Shown: positions 1 through 10,235, counted from the stretch's first letter. The stretch: DNA of 64,000 nt from Acutalibacteraceae bacterium (GCA_045542535.1 JAZQLF010000027.1:14793-78792); one strand, 5' to 3'. Notes: generated from the letters alone by a model not told the origin. A program made the numbers and translations.

Positions 1-833
1 TCATCGAAACCGGTGTAGATGTGCCAAACGCAAACACCTTGATAATTGAAAACGCAGACCATCTCGGACTTGCACAGCTCCATCAGATAAGAGGTCGAGT
101 TGGCCGTTCTGCAAGGCGTGGCTTTGCTTACCTTACCTTTAACCGAAACCGAGAATTAACGGAAATTGCTCAGAAGCGACTTACTGCAATCCGCGAATAT
201 ACCGAATTCGGTTCAGGATTTAAAATTGCTATGCGTGACCTTGAAATTCGCGGTGCAGGTAACCTTTTAGGTTCGGAGCAGCATGGTCATATGGAAGCTG
301 TTGGCTACGATATGTATATGAAGCTTCTTTCCGAAGCAGTTATTGAGGAAAAAGGCGAAGAGGTTAAGACCAATCAGAAGGAATGTCTTATTGACATTCG
401 TATTGACGCTCATATTCCCGAAAACTATATTGAAAGCCTTCCTCAAAGACTTTCAATTTACAAGCGTATTGCAGACATTAAAACTGATGAAGATGCTTCG
501 GATGTTCTTGACGAGCTTATCGACCGTTTCGGCGAACCACCTGCAGGCGTTGAGGGTCTTGTTAAGGTTGCTCTTTTGAGAAATACTGCCGCATCTCTGG
601 GTATTTACGAAATCGGGCAAAACAACAATAGTCTGCTTTTATATGTGGATGAAATTGACATGCAGAAGGTTGCTGTTCTTGTTAAAGGTATGCGCGGAAG
701 AATTCTTGTTTCAAGAGGTCCTAAACCATATATAACAGTAAAAAAATCAAGCGGTCAGTCACCACTTGATACATTAGAAGAAGCATTTGGCTTACTAAAA
801 AGCGAAAGCGAGGAAAACAAAAATGACATTTGA
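1..833 (+). CDS. mfd: Transcription-repair coupling factor Mfd, C-terminal fragment (5' end outside window)
   Basis: Frame is open from the window edge. Helicase motif VI QLHQIRGRVGRS is followed by a TRCF-type C-terminal domain (EIRGAGNLLGSEQHGH). Confidence 0.9.
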   Translation, partial: IETGVDVPNANTLIIENADHLGLAQLHQIRGRVGRSARRGFAYLTFNRNRELTEIAQKRLTAIREYTEFGSGFKIAMRDLEIRGAGNLLGSEQHGHMEAVGYDMYMKLLSEAVIEEKGEEVKTNQKECLIDIRIDAHIPENYIESLPQRLSIYKRIADIKTDEDASDVLDELIDRFGEPPAGVEGLVKVALLRNTAASLGIYEIGQNNNSLLLYVDEIDMQKVAVLVKGMRGRILVSRGPKPYITVKKSSGQSPLDTLEEAFGLLKSESEENKNDI

Positions 834-1071
834 ATATAAACCTCAAGGTGTTTGTTCAAGAAATCTCACCTTTGATATTGAAGACGGAATAGTAAAAAAT
901 GTAGTATTCCAAGGCGGTTGCCACGGCAATCTCCAGGGTATTGCCGCGCTTTGCGAGGGCAAACCCGTAGAAGAAATTATCAATGCCGTTTCAGGTATTC
1001 GTTGCGGCTTCAAATCCACATCCTGCCCCGACCAATTAGCAAAAGCGCTTGAAAAAGCAAAAGGAGAATAA
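823..1071 (+). CDS. TSCPD-domain small protein (TIGR03905-like)
   Basis: 82 aa with C..GGCHGN..RCG.KSTSCPDQ motifs. It overlaps the mfd stop by 11 nt. Confidence 0.75.
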   Translation: MTFEYKPQGVCSRNLTFDIEDGIVKNVVFQGGCHGNLQGIAALCEGKPVEEIINAVSGIRCGFKSTSCPDQLAKALEKAKGE

Positions 1072-1073
1072 CA

Positions 1074-1751
1074 ATGAAATATCTTATTTTAATTGCAGAT
1101 ATTGATGAATTTAACCCTTGCAAAGCAAGCCTTGGTGAGCTTGTAAAAAAAGAATACAAAATCAAGCATATGCCTGCTTTCGATTTTTCTTATAATAACC
1201 ACGATTGCACTGTAGTTTGCTTCGGTATAGGCAAGGTTAACGCGGCTATGGGTGCGGCACTTGCGCTCAACTACGATAATTTTGATGGCGTTATAAATAC
1301 CGGATGGAGCGGTGCAGTTTCGGGAGTTTTCAAGGGTGACATAATCGTTTCTGATTCCTGTGTTGAATGTGATTTTGACTTAACTCCCATCGGCAGACTT
1401 CCCGGTCAGAAGCCAGGCCAGGAGGATTACATATATAAATGTGATAACTCTCTTTATAAAGCTGCTTGTTCTGTTGAAGGCTTCAAGCACGGCAATCTCG
1501 GTACAGGTGATTTCTTCCTTACCAATAAAGAACTTGGCGAAAAATACAAGGAAATATTTAATATAAATGCTTTCGATATGGAAAGCGGTGCTTTAGGTGC
1601 AGTTTGCTACCTTTTGAATGTGCCCTTTGTAAGTATCAGAAAAATTTCCGATAATGCAGACGATGTTTCCGTTTCCGAATACACAAATTCAGTTGTTTCA
1701 GATGTAACTGCATTTTCTGATATTGTATTGAAAATACTCGAAAAGTTATAA
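1074..1751 (+). CDS. mtnN: 5'-methylthioadenosine/S-adenosylhomocysteine nucleosidase family protein (PNP_UDP_1)
   Basis: Motifs GIGKVNAAMG, FDMESGALG and SIRKISDNAD, at the typical ~225 aa length. Confidence 0.7.
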   Translation: MKYLILIADIDEFNPCKASLGELVKKEYKIKHMPAFDFSYNNHDCTVVCFGIGKVNAAMGAALALNYDNFDGVINTGWSGAVSGVFKGDIIVSDSCVECDFDLTPIGRLPGQKPGQEDYIYKCDNSLYKAACSVEGFKHGNLGTGDFFLTNKELGEKYKEIFNINAFDMESGALGAVCYLLNVPFVSIRKISDNADDVSVSEYTNSVVSDVTAFSDIVLKILEKL

Positions 1752-1764
1752 AACCATAAAATTT

Positions 1765-1798
1765 ACCGCCTACGATTTTTTCGCAGGCGGTTATTTTT
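1765..1798 (+). terminator. Rho-independent terminator after the nucleosidase gene
   Basis: ACCGCCTACGA/TCGCAGGCGGT stem (1 mismatch) followed by TTATTTTT. Confidence 0.7.
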
Positions 1799-1853
1799 AG
1801 CACAGATTTTTCAGGCTATTCATGGACGACAAAAACTTTTCCCGTCGCCACCT

Positions 1854-1910
1854 GAAAAAACACCGCTGACGGCATAGTGCTTGTTTACCTCATACTATGC
1901 AAGTCAGCGG
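1854..1910 (-). terminator. Rho-independent terminator of the amino-acid ABC operon
   Basis: Long hairpin CCGCTGAC-GCATAGT / ACTATGC-GTCAGCGG. It is preceded on the plus strand by AAAAAA, which is a T-run on the minus strand. Confidence 0.65.
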
Positions 1911-1917
1911 ATTTATG

Positions 1918-2697
1918 TTAATCATCAAATTTTGATATGAAAGCGCGTGTTCTTTCTGATTTCGGATTATCGAAAACCTCTTCGGGTGTACCCTCTTCAG
2001 CAATAACACCATCGTCCATAAAGATAACCTTTGTGGAAACTGCTTTTGCAAAGGACATTTCGTGGGTAACGATTACCATTGTGGTTTTCTCTTCTGCAAG
2101 TCCTTTTATAACCTTGAGAATTTCTCCTGTAAGCTCGGGGTCAAGAGCGGATGTAGGCTCATCGAAGAAGAGAACCTTTGGCTCAAGCATCAATGCTCTC
2201 GCAATAGAAACTCGTTGCTTCTGACCGCCTGAAAGCTCGCAAGGGTAATTTCCCAATTTATCTGAAAGACCAACTTTAGCTAAAATCTCTTTTGCTTTAG
2301 CTTCAATTTCTTCGTGGATTTGTTTTTTATTCTGTTTATAATCCTCTCGCTCTTCTGCTAAAAGCTCAGGTGCAAGAGTAACATTTTTAAGCACGTTATA
2401 CTGTGGGAAAAGGTGAAAATCCTGAAAAACAAGGCCAACAAGAAGCTGGCGTCTTCTACGTTCTTCATCGCTTTCCTTTTCTGCTTTTCCGTTGAAGAAA
2501 ACTTCACCCGCAACAGATATGTAACCTAAATCGGGTGTTTCAAGCTGATTAACACAACGAAGAATTGTTGTTTTACCGCTACCGGAAGAGCCGATAATGC
2601 TTAAAACCTCTCCCTCTTCAACTGTAAAGCTGACACCCTTTAAAACCTGAGTTTTCCCGAAATTCTTTTTTAAATCTTTAACTTCTAAAATTGCCAT
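1918..2697 (-). CDS. Polar amino-acid ABC transporter ATP-binding protein
   Basis: Walker [10 protein letters not shown], signature LSGGQKQR and Walker [12 protein letters not shown], in a GlnQ/HisP-like layout. Confidence 0.9.
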   Translation of the reverse strand: MAILEVKDLKKNFGKTQVLKGVSFTVEEGEVLSIIGSSGSGKTTILRCVNQLETPDLGYISVAGEVFFNGKAEKESDEERRRRQLLVGLVFQDFHLFPQYNVLKNVTLAPELLAEEREDYKQNKKQIHEEIEAKAKEILAKVGLSDKLGNYPCELSGGQKQRVSIARALMLEPKVLFFDEPTSALDPELTGEILKVIKGLAEEKTTMVIVTHEMSFAKAVSTKVIFMDDGVIAEEGTPEEVFDNPKSERTRAFISKFDD

Positions 2698-2700
2698 AGC

Positions 2701-3396
2701 TTAACTCCTGAAATAACTCAGTTTCTTTTCTCCCTTACCAAGAATGATAGTGAGCAATCCAACAAACAACAAATAGAATAAGCCCGTATAGAATAAAGGC
2801 CAAATCATTGCCTTTGTTGCGGCAAGTTCTTTTGCCTGCTTGATAACTTCGGAAACCATAATGCAGTTTGCAAGAGCAGTATCTTTAATAAGGGTTATAA
2901 TTTCATTGGACATTGGTGGAACGATTCTCTGAACAACCTGTTTAAGAATGATTTTCTTGAAAATCTGGGATTTGGTCATACCAAGAACAATACCTGCTTC
3001 ATACTGCCCCTTTGATATACTTTCAATACCGCCTCTGTAAATTTCAGAGAAATAACAAGCATAATTGACAGTAAACGCGATCAATACTGCCATAATTCTA
3101 CCGGCATCCATAATTCCGTATTCAATTAAAAAGAATCTGTCAACCTGTCCGAAAAGTTGGAAATTAAACAACAATCCGGGAAGATAATAGATTATGAATA
3201 TCTGGAGCATCAAGGGAATTCCTCGAACAATCCAGACAATAACTTTAAACAAATATTTGACGGGTTTAAACTTGCTCATTGAACCAAAGGCTATAGGCAA
3301 CCCAAGGGGTGCCCCTAATAATAGAGTCACCCCAAAGATTAATAATGAAATTTTAAAGCCGTCAAGTAAGAAAGATGTAACTTCTAAAAAAGACAT
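2701..3396 (-). CDS. Amino-acid ABC transporter permease (His/Glu/Gln/Arg/opine family)
   Basis: Polytopic membrane protein with the EAA-like loop YEAGIVLGMTKSQIFKKIILKQ. Its stop lies 3 nt before the ATPase start. Confidence 0.85.
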   Translation of the reverse strand: MSFLEVTSFLLDGFKISLLIFGVTLLLGAPLGLPIAFGSMSKFKPVKYLFKVIVWIVRGIPLMLQIFIIYYLPGLLFNFQLFGQVDRFFLIEYGIMDAGRIMAVLIAFTVNYACYFSEIYRGGIESISKGQYEAGIVLGMTKSQIFKKIILKQVVQRIVPPMSNEIITLIKDTALANCIMVSEVIKQAKELAATKAMIWPLFYTGLFYLLFVGLLTIILGKGEKKLSYFRS

Positions 3397-3421
3397 ACTT
3401 TAACTCCGAATGGATTATTTT

Positions 3422-4213
3422 TTATTTCTGGTCTGAGAAATCTTTGATTGCTGTGTTTTCAACACCGTATTTCTTTGCAAGAGCTTCGATTGTGCCGTCT
3501 GCACCTAATGCTTCAAGCTGTTCGTTAACTTTTGCAGTAAGTTCGCCACCTTTTTTGAAACCGATTGCATAGTATTCAACATCACTTGAAAGTGCATCAA
3601 CAATCATAAGGTCTTTGTAATCGCCGTTGCCAACATAGCTCTTTGCAAGCTGAGCGTCAACTACTGCGAAATCTGCTGTATCTGCTACGATTTCAAGTAA
3701 GCAATCTGTCTGCTTTGTGAAACCTTTATATTTTGCGCCTTCAAAGTCTTTTGCATAAGCTTCGCCTGCTGAACCGCTTTCAGCAATACCTAATTTGCCT
3801 TTAAGGTCTTTTGCAGATTTGATGCCTGAATCTTTAGCAACAACAACTACCTGACGGTTTTCCATATAGTTATATGAGAAATCAACTTTTTCTGAACGAA
3901 GAACGCCGTCATCATCTGCTGTGTTAGCTGTGAAGCCGTTCCATACGCAGTCGATTGTGCCTGAATCAAGGTCTGTGTATTTGCTTTCCCACTGAATTTC
4001 AGTGAAGATAACTTCATAACCAAGGTTTTCGAAAACTGCTTTTGCAAGCTCTGTATCGAAACCAACAAGTTCATTGTTTTCATCAAGGTAGTTCATGGGT
4101 TCGTAAATTGTGTAACCAACAACGATAGAATCTTTGCCGCCGCAGGATGCGAATGCGCAAACGATACCGAGAACGAGAACTACGCTCATTACGATAGCTA
4201 ATACTTTTTTCAT
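3422..4213 (-). CDS. Amino-acid ABC transporter substrate-binding lipoprotein
   Basis: Signal peptide with lipobox FASC and SBP_bac_3-like sequence. I chose the ATG at 4213, which has GGAGGA 8 nt upstream. The track ORF start at 4240 is probably too long. Confidence 0.85.
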   Translation of the reverse strand: MKKVLAIVMSVVLVLGIVCAFASCGGKDSIVVGYTIYEPMNYLDENNELVGFDTELAKAVFENLGYEVIFTEIQWESKYTDLDSGTIDCVWNGFTANTADDDGVLRSEKVDFSYNYMENRQVVVVAKDSGIKSAKDLKGKLGIAESGSAGEAYAKDFEGAKYKGFTKQTDCLLEIVADTADFAVVDAQLAKSYVGNGDYKDLMIVDALSSDVEYYAIGFKKGGELTAKVNEQLEALGADGTIEALAKKYGVENTAIKDFSDQK

Positions 4214-4478
4214 AATAATTTCCTCCATAGGTGTAATCACCTTTTTTATTGTGGGGTTATTTTAGCACTTTAGCGCGATAAAGTAAAGGGGTTTTTGATA
4301 AATTCTTTTATTTTGTAAACTTTGTCATACCGCATTTACCTAAATGCTGTTATTTTATGCAACTTTACCACTTTAACGCACTAAAGCGGTTGGTTTTATC
4401 GAAATTGGTCATATATTCTCATTGTAAAAAGCATTGTATCGTGTTAAAATGTTCTCATAAAACATACGAGGTCGAAAT

Positions 4479-5243
4479 ATGAACAACTTTCTTTCCCCTA
4501 TAAACATAAGCTCTGTAATCACAGAACTTGATTTTATATTAAGCAAAAACGACTATTCCTCTGCCTGCGATTTTTTAGAAAAATGGGTTTCTCTTGCTGA
4601 AAATCAAAAGGACAACAAGGCACTTTTCTCTCTATGCAATGAATGTATAGGTATTTACAGAAAAGTCGGAAACAAGGAAAATTGCTATAAATATTGCGAA
4701 AAAGTTTTAACATTAGTAAATGTAATAGGGCTTGAAAATGCCATTTCAGGCGCAACCGCTTTTATAAACTGCGGTACTGCCTTCAAGGCTTTCGGCGAGG
4801 CAGATAAAAGCATCATTTATTTTGAAAAAGCTTTGGCTTTATATGAAAAACTTTTGCCCGAAAATGACCGCCGACTTGCAGGGTTATACAACAACTTTGC
4901 CCTTTCACTTGTTGATTTAAAAGAATATAAAAAAGCACTTACTCTGTATGATAAAGCAATAAAAGTGTTAGACAAAAATCCTGATTTCAATTTAGAACAA
5001 GCGGTAACTTATCTTAATATAGCAAATGCAGTGGAATATCAGAAAGGCCTTGAAAACGCTTGTGAAGAGATAGATATTTTATTAGATAAAGCAGAAAAAG
5101 TCCTTAACGAAAATTTTTCCAAAACAGACGGAAACTATGCTTTCGTTTGCGAAAAATGTGCCCCCACATTCAGTTATTACGGAAGATTTTTATACGAAAA
5201 AGAATTAAAAGAAAGAGCGAGGGTAATTTATGAAAGGTCTTGA
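4479..5243 (+). CDS. Tetratricopeptide-repeat protein
   Basis: Repeated TPR-like A..Y/F..AL..Y helices (ALALYEKL, ALTLYDKAIKV). GAGGT RBS. Confidence 0.7.
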   Translation: MNNFLSPINISSVITELDFILSKNDYSSACDFLEKWVSLAENQKDNKALFSLCNECIGIYRKVGNKENCYKYCEKVLTLVNVIGLENAISGATAFINCGTAFKAFGEADKSIIYFEKALALYEKLLPENDRRLAGLYNNFALSLVDLKEYKKALTLYDKAIKVLDKNPDFNLEQAVTYLNIANAVEYQKGLENACEEIDILLDKAEKVLNENFSKTDGNYAFVCEKCAPTFSYYGRFLYEKELKERARVIYERS

Positions 5244-6171
5244 GCTTTCGAGAAAATATTATGAAGAATTCGGCAAACCAATGCTCCAAGAACAATTCCC
5301 TGAATATGAAAATTTAATTGCAGTTGGTCTTGTTGGCAGCGGTTCAGACTGCTATGGCTACGATGATGATATTTCCCACGACCACGATTTTGAACCGGGT
5401 TTTTGCATGTTTCTTCCTGATGAAAACTTTATTGATGATAAAGTATTTTTCAATCTGGAAAGAGCATACAGTAAACTCCCGAAAGAATTTTGCGGTTACA
5501 AACGAAGCCTTGTAAAGCCCGTTGGTGGAAGCAGAAACGGCGTTTTCAGAACAAGAGATTTTTACAATAAAAAAATCGGCTCACCAAATGGTGAACTGAC
5601 ACTTCAACAATGGTTTTCTCTTCCTGATTATGCTTTGGCAGAAGCTACAAATGGGGAAATATTCAAGGATGATTTGGGTGAATTTACAGAAATCCGCAAC
5701 AAGCTCCTTAATATTCCTCAAGAAATTTTTCTGAAAAAACTTGCAGGAAATCTTCTTATTATGGCGCAAAGCGGACAATATAATTACCCTCGCATTTTAA
5801 ATCGTGGCGAAACCGCTTCCGCACAGCTTTCTCTTTTTGAATTTTCAAACGCGGCTATGAAATGCTATTTCCTTTTAAATAATGAATATATGCCATATTA
5901 CAAATGGCAGTTCAGAGCTTTAAGAGAGCTTTCGGGCGGTCAATTTATTGCTGATTCTCTTGAGTTCCTTATTTCAACAGATAATTCAATGGAAAATGCA
6001 TCTATAAAAAATGAAATAATCAATAGCGTTGCGGAAGAAATAATTAAATTACTAAAAGAAAAAGAAATCACAAAAGCAACTTGCAATGACTTAGAAAAAC
6101 ACGCCTATTCCGTCAATGATTTTATCAAAGATGGTGATTTGAGAAATACTCACATTCTTTTCGGAGTATAA
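5230..6171 (+). CDS. DUF4037-like protein with N-terminal nucleotidyltransferase-fold motif
   Basis: GLVGSGSDCYGYDDDISHDHD (GS..DxD NTase-type motif). It overlaps the TPR gene by 14 nt. Confidence 0.55.
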   Translation: MKGLELSRKYYEEFGKPMLQEQFPEYENLIAVGLVGSGSDCYGYDDDISHDHDFEPGFCMFLPDENFIDDKVFFNLERAYSKLPKEFCGYKRSLVKPVGGSRNGVFRTRDFYNKKIGSPNGELTLQQWFSLPDYALAEATNGEIFKDDLGEFTEIRNKLLNIPQEIFLKKLAGNLLIMAQSGQYNYPRILNRGETASAQLSLFEFSNAAMKCYFLLNNEYMPYYKWQFRALRELSGGQFIADSLEFLISTDNSMENASIKNEIINSVAEEIIKLLKEKEITKATCNDLEKHAYSVNDFIKDGDLRNTHILFGV

Positions 6172-6216
6172 AAAATGGTTTGGATTCAAAATCGAATCCA
6201 AACCATTTCATTTTTT
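6172..6216. terminator. Bidirectional terminator between convergent genes
   Basis: AATGGTTTGGATTC / GAATCCAAACCATT stem flanked by an A-run and a T-run. Confidence 0.8.
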
Positions 6217-6217
6217 A

Positions 6218-7378
6218 TTAAAGGCCTTTAAAGAAATAAACGAAGAAATTGTAAATTGCAGAGAAGATTTTTTCGAATGTGTAGAAGAAATCATAGTTGT
6301 TTCTTCCGCCCACTTCATCAAGCTTGGAGTCATCTCTCTGTGCAAGTTCGTTTGATGTAAGGTTATATGTTTCGTATGTAGTAAGGTCAGCCTCGTTAAG
6401 TTCAATAACTCTCGCACCCTGGAACATATTGGTATAATATGAATTATATGTGCAACCGGGAGTCTGAATAAGGTCCATACCGCCACAATGTGCAACGAAA
6501 TTATTCTGATGGTCGTGACCTACAACAAGACCGAGTACATCGCCACCTGCAACCATTGCATCCCATTGACCATCGTTACCATAGCTGGGGCAACTTTTTT
6601 CAAAGATTAAGCCATCGTATTTTGTGATATCGGGAATAGGTGTATAAACTGTACCATCAGAGAAATTGATAGTTGCTTCACCGAGAGCAATTGCGCCCTC
6701 ATAGAAAATCATTTCAACAGGTTCCTGAGGAATAATGTGCTGGAATGCCATAGCAGGAACAACTTCACCGCCGTTTTCAGCTGTCATTGCATCACGAGTT
6801 GTATTGTACCATTCAATCTGGTCAGCATGAACATGGTCATAACCGAGCCATGTGCCATTTTCATCACGAACGCTTCCGCCGCTGTCAAAGCACCATACAT
6901 TGAACGCAACCTTAGTTCCATCACTTGAAAGAATGGGAACATTGTGTGTTGCACAACCATGAAGGTCGGGGTCTGCATCATATGCCATACATTCAGAATA
7001 TTTCTGATATGCTGCAAGCTGATCTTCCTTAACCATACCGCCTTCATCATCGTGGTTACCGAAAACAAATGTAAAGGGAATATTTCTCTCATCGAGAGGT
7101 GCAATCATTTCATCAATTGCTCTTATATCTTCACCAACAACATTGTCACCTACAAAAACAACAAGGTCGGGTGCACAGAAATCAAGAGCTTCACTGATGA
7201 ACTGAAGAACTGCAGGTTCCATAGGATAATCATCCTGAACGTCTGCAAGGCAAAGAATTTTGAATTTGCCGTTTGCATTAAACTGAAGCTTTGCTTCATC
7301 CTTGTAGCCTGCAAAACTCATTGTTACAAGTGAGAAAAGCATACAAACTGCAAGAACAACAGAAATAACTTTTTTCAT
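6218..7378 (-). CDS. Secreted calcineurin-like metallophosphoesterase
   Basis: Signal peptide, then motifs VFVGDNV, FGNHDDE and VVGHDHQNNF. Confidence 0.8.
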   Translation of the reverse strand: MKKVISVVLAVCMLFSLVTMSFAGYKDEAKLQFNANGKFKILCLADVQDDYPMEPAVLQFISEALDFCAPDLVVFVGDNVVGEDIRAIDEMIAPLDERNIPFTFVFGNHDDEGGMVKEDQLAAYQKYSECMAYDADPDLHGCATHNVPILSSDGTKVAFNVWCFDSGGSVRDENGTWLGYDHVHADQIEWYNTTRDAMTAENGGEVVPAMAFQHIIPQEPVEMIFYEGAIALGEATINFSDGTVYTPIPDITKYDGLIFEKSCPSYGNDGQWDAMVAGGDVLGLVVGHDHQNNFVAHCGGMDLIQTPGCTYNSYYTNMFQGARVIELNEADLTTYETYNLTSNELAQRDDSKLDEVGGRNNYDFFYTFEKIFSAIYNFFVYFFKGL

Positions 7379-7428
7379 TTTATTATCTCCTTTTTCGTTT
7401 TATGAATATATAGTATATTCCTAATCAT

Positions 7429-8739
7429 TCAATTTGTCAAATTTTGGATTTGAGCTTTATAGTGTTTTCCTTTTTCTTCAAAGTTTTTGTAGTAATTATA
7501 GCTTGCTGCTGCAGGTGAAAACAAGCAGCTTTTACCCTTTTCGGTTATTTCTGCGCATTTTTTAACTGCATCTTCCATATTTTCGGCGCAAACTAAATTC
7601 TTTTTTACACCTTTTTCCTTAAGAGTATTTATTATGTTATGACCTGTTTCGGGAAGACCTACAAGATTTGAAATATTACACTCCGACAAAAACTCTATAA
7701 AGTCGGTATAATCAATTCCTCTGTCAAGACCGCCGAAAAGAAGGGTATCTACATTACCCAACGCCTTTACCGCACCCATAACTGCAGTAGGAATTGTTGC
7801 GATGCTGTCATTGTACCAGGAAATGCCGTTGACAACTCCAACATATTCCATTCGGTGCTCAATTCCGCCAAATGACTTAATTGCATTTCTTACCGCATCA
7901 TCGCTGACACCAAAAATTCTTGCAACTGCTAAAGCATAGGCTATATCCTGGCGATTATGTTCACCTTTAAGATGCTCTGTAGAATTCCAGAGTTCGTTAA
8001 CAAAAGCATCCTGCTTTGCGTCTGTAAAAGTTACAGGTCTGCCGTTGCTTTTAAGAACTTTCTCCCAATCAACAACGCCCTCAAGGTCTTGTTCAGGATT
8101 ATATATCAGATAATCCTCATCCTTTTGATGAACGGCAATATTAAGTTTTGCTTCAACATAACCTTTAAAGCCTGTTTTATAGTGGTCAAGATGCTCCTGA
8201 TAAATATTCACAAGAACTGCCACATGGGGAGATGCCTTCGTAAACTCCAGCTGATGGGAAGACATTTCAATTACTGCCACAAGGCTTTCGTCTTCATCTG
8301 CTTTCTCAAAAACGGGAACACCGATATTTCCTATAAGGCAGGTGTTAAGCCCCCCTGCTTTAAGCATTTCGTATATAAGGGTTGATGTTGTTGTTTTTCC
8401 TTTTGAGCCTGTAATCCCCACAACAGTAGGCTTACAAAAACGCAGAAACATATCTGTCTGGCAGGTTATTTCTGTTGACTCGGGGTAAACAACATCATCT
8501 AAAAATGCAATACCCGGACTTTTGAAAACTATATCAAAATCACCAAGGGAATTTAAATAGTTTTCACCAGAAATAACGGTTATATTTTCATCGTCGCTTT
8601 GAAAACCGTTTTTATCTGCTATTGTTAAGTGCTTTTGAGGCAGATGTTTTCTTATATATGAAAGAGTGGATTTACCCTCTCTGCCCATACCCAGAATAAG
8701 CACTTTTTTATCTTCTATATATTGAATTATTCGGGACAT
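7429..8739 (-). CDS. murD: UDP-N-acetylmuramoylalanine--D-glutamate ligase
   Basis: GITGSKGKTTTSTL P-loop in a Mur ligase layout, 436 aa. Confidence 0.9.
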   Translation of the reverse strand: MSRIIQYIEDKKVLILGMGREGKSTLSYIRKHLPQKHLTIADKNGFQSDDENITVISGENYLNSLGDFDIVFKSPGIAFLDDVVYPESTEITCQTDMFLRFCKPTVVGITGSKGKTTTSTLIYEMLKAGGLNTCLIGNIGVPVFEKADEDESLVAVIEMSSHQLEFTKASPHVAVLVNIYQEHLDHYKTGFKGYVEAKLNIAVHQKDEDYLIYNPEQDLEGVVDWEKVLKSNGRPVTFTDAKQDAFVNELWNSTEHLKGEHNRQDIAYALAVARIFGVSDDAVRNAIKSFGGIEHRMEYVGVVNGISWYNDSIATIPTAVMGAVKALGNVDTLLFGGLDRGIDYTDFIEFLSECNISNLVGLPETGHNIINTLKEKGVKKNLVCAENMEDAVKKCAEITEKGKSCLFSPAAASYNYYKNFEEKGKHYKAQIQNLTN

Positions 8740-8751
8740 AGCTGTATTTAA

Positions 8752-10068
8752 TCACCCAATCTCATCAATAAACGCAAAATTCTTTTTACCATGCTTTTTC
8801 ACATAGTACATAGCCTTATCTGCTTTTTCATAAAGCTCTGTGTATGTTTTTCCGTCAAAGGGGAATCTTGCAATACCTATACTGCAGGAAAACTCTTTTT
8901 CGGGAGCAGCATCAAGACGAATGCTGTTGCAGATGCTTTGAATTTGCGCTGCTTTTTCCTCTAAGTAATGCCTGTTGTCACCAACACCGCTCAAATACAG
9001 AACAAATTCTTCTCCACCGACTCTTCCCAAAACGTCTGTCGTACGGAAAGAGAGAGAAAGTTTGCTTGTTAATTCCTTTAAGAAGATATCTCCGACGCGA
9101 TGGCCGTAAGTATCGTTGAGCTTTTTGAAATCATCAATATCGAAAATGAAAAATGCACCTTGTTCATCATCTTCTCTTATAAGCTCATTAACCTTCAATG
9201 TTGTTGAAAGTTTATTAAGGAAACCTGTAAGCTGATCTGTTTCTGCCTGAGCTATCAAACGATTTTTTTCTTTCTTTTCCTTATCAACATCAGTTAAATT
9301 ACCAACGAACTGAACTGCATTATCATTTTCATCAAATATAACAAAGAATTTGATTCTATGCCAGATAGCATCACCGCGATTGTTAATAATACGCGCATCA
9401 AAGGTATTTTTCTTTTGACCTGAAAGAGCGTTACTTAAAGCACCGATAAATGCAGGAACATCTCTATGGTCAAGAATATCTCCGTATGTCATATTTTCAA
9501 TGGCGTTTTCGATTCTTGTTCTCGTACCCATTGAGCGAAGAATTTTAGAAGAAGCTTCAAAAACGTCGTTTGCAACATCGTATGTAAAAAAGATATTATC
9601 AGAAAGCTCTTCCATAATCTGATAACGGTTTTTCTCATGTTCATATTGCAGTTGAATTTTTTTCATGGAAGTTATATCAACAATACTGCAAATAAAATTC
9701 TGTTCGCCCTGGTTAGCATTACGGGGTTTTCGGGTAGAAATAAGACCCCAAGCCTGTTCGCCACCTTTTTTGTTAATTCTGCATTCAAATTGCAAAACTT
9801 CTCCGGGTGCATAATCTGTATTTATCTTTGTAACAATATTCATGAAATCTCTTTCATGAAAGAGGTTCAGACGAACATCCTCTCCAAGACCTTCATATTC
9901 CTCTCTTGTATAGCCGAATATTTCAAAAAAGCCATTGTTGGTATAATCAAGTCGGACTCCGTCAGGATGAGGGGAAACAAGTGCAATTCCCGCAACAGTT
10001 TCCTGAAGTATGCTTTCAAGTTCCTCTCTTGACAAACTCTCTTCATATTCTCCGCCTATTCTTCTCAT
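8752..10068 (-). CDS. PAS-domain diguanylate cyclase (GGDEF)
   Basis: GGEEF active site with an RTTD I-site 5 residues upstream. Two PAS-like segments lie N-terminal. I chose the ATG at 10068 (RBS AGAGGGA). The track start at 10110 is a TTG. Confidence 0.8.
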   Translation of the reverse strand: MRRIGGEYEESLSREELESILQETVAGIALVSPHPDGVRLDYTNNGFFEIFGYTREEYEGLGEDVRLNLFHERDFMNIVTKINTDYAPGEVLQFECRINKKGGEQAWGLISTRKPRNANQGEQNFICSIVDITSMKKIQLQYEHEKNRYQIMEELSDNIFFTYDVANDVFEASSKILRSMGTRTRIENAIENMTYGDILDHRDVPAFIGALSNALSGQKKNTFDARIINNRGDAIWHRIKFFVIFDENDNAVQFVGNLTDVDKEKKEKNRLIAQAETDQLTGFLNKLSTTLKVNELIREDDEQGAFFIFDIDDFKKLNDTYGHRVGDIFLKELTSKLSLSFRTTDVLGRVGGEEFVLYLSGVGDNRHYLEEKAAQIQSICNSIRLDAAPEKEFSCSIGIARFPFDGKTYTELYEKADKAMYYVKKHGKKNFAFIDEIG

Positions 10069-10235
10069 ATTATCCCTCTTTCGTAAAAAAGTATAGATTT
10101 CCTGATACAACTATAACATAAACAATTATAATTAACAAGGATTTTTCAAAAAGACTTGAATAAAGACCCAAAATTGTATATAATTCATAATTGATAAATT
10201 ATGTTATTATATTACTACAACTTTCGGAGAAAATT

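Noticed and set aside
343-579. Many short ORFs in the six-frame track lie inside or antisense to long, well-supported genes. Examples are 343-579, 1937-2224, 3194-3403, 6944-7333, 7957-8385, 24191-24721, 33437-33952, 34161-34709 and 58843-59313.
   Set aside because: They are shadow ORFs. Each is fully embedded in a longer ORF with clear family motifs, has low-complexity or odd composition, and lacks an RBS. I did not report them as genes.
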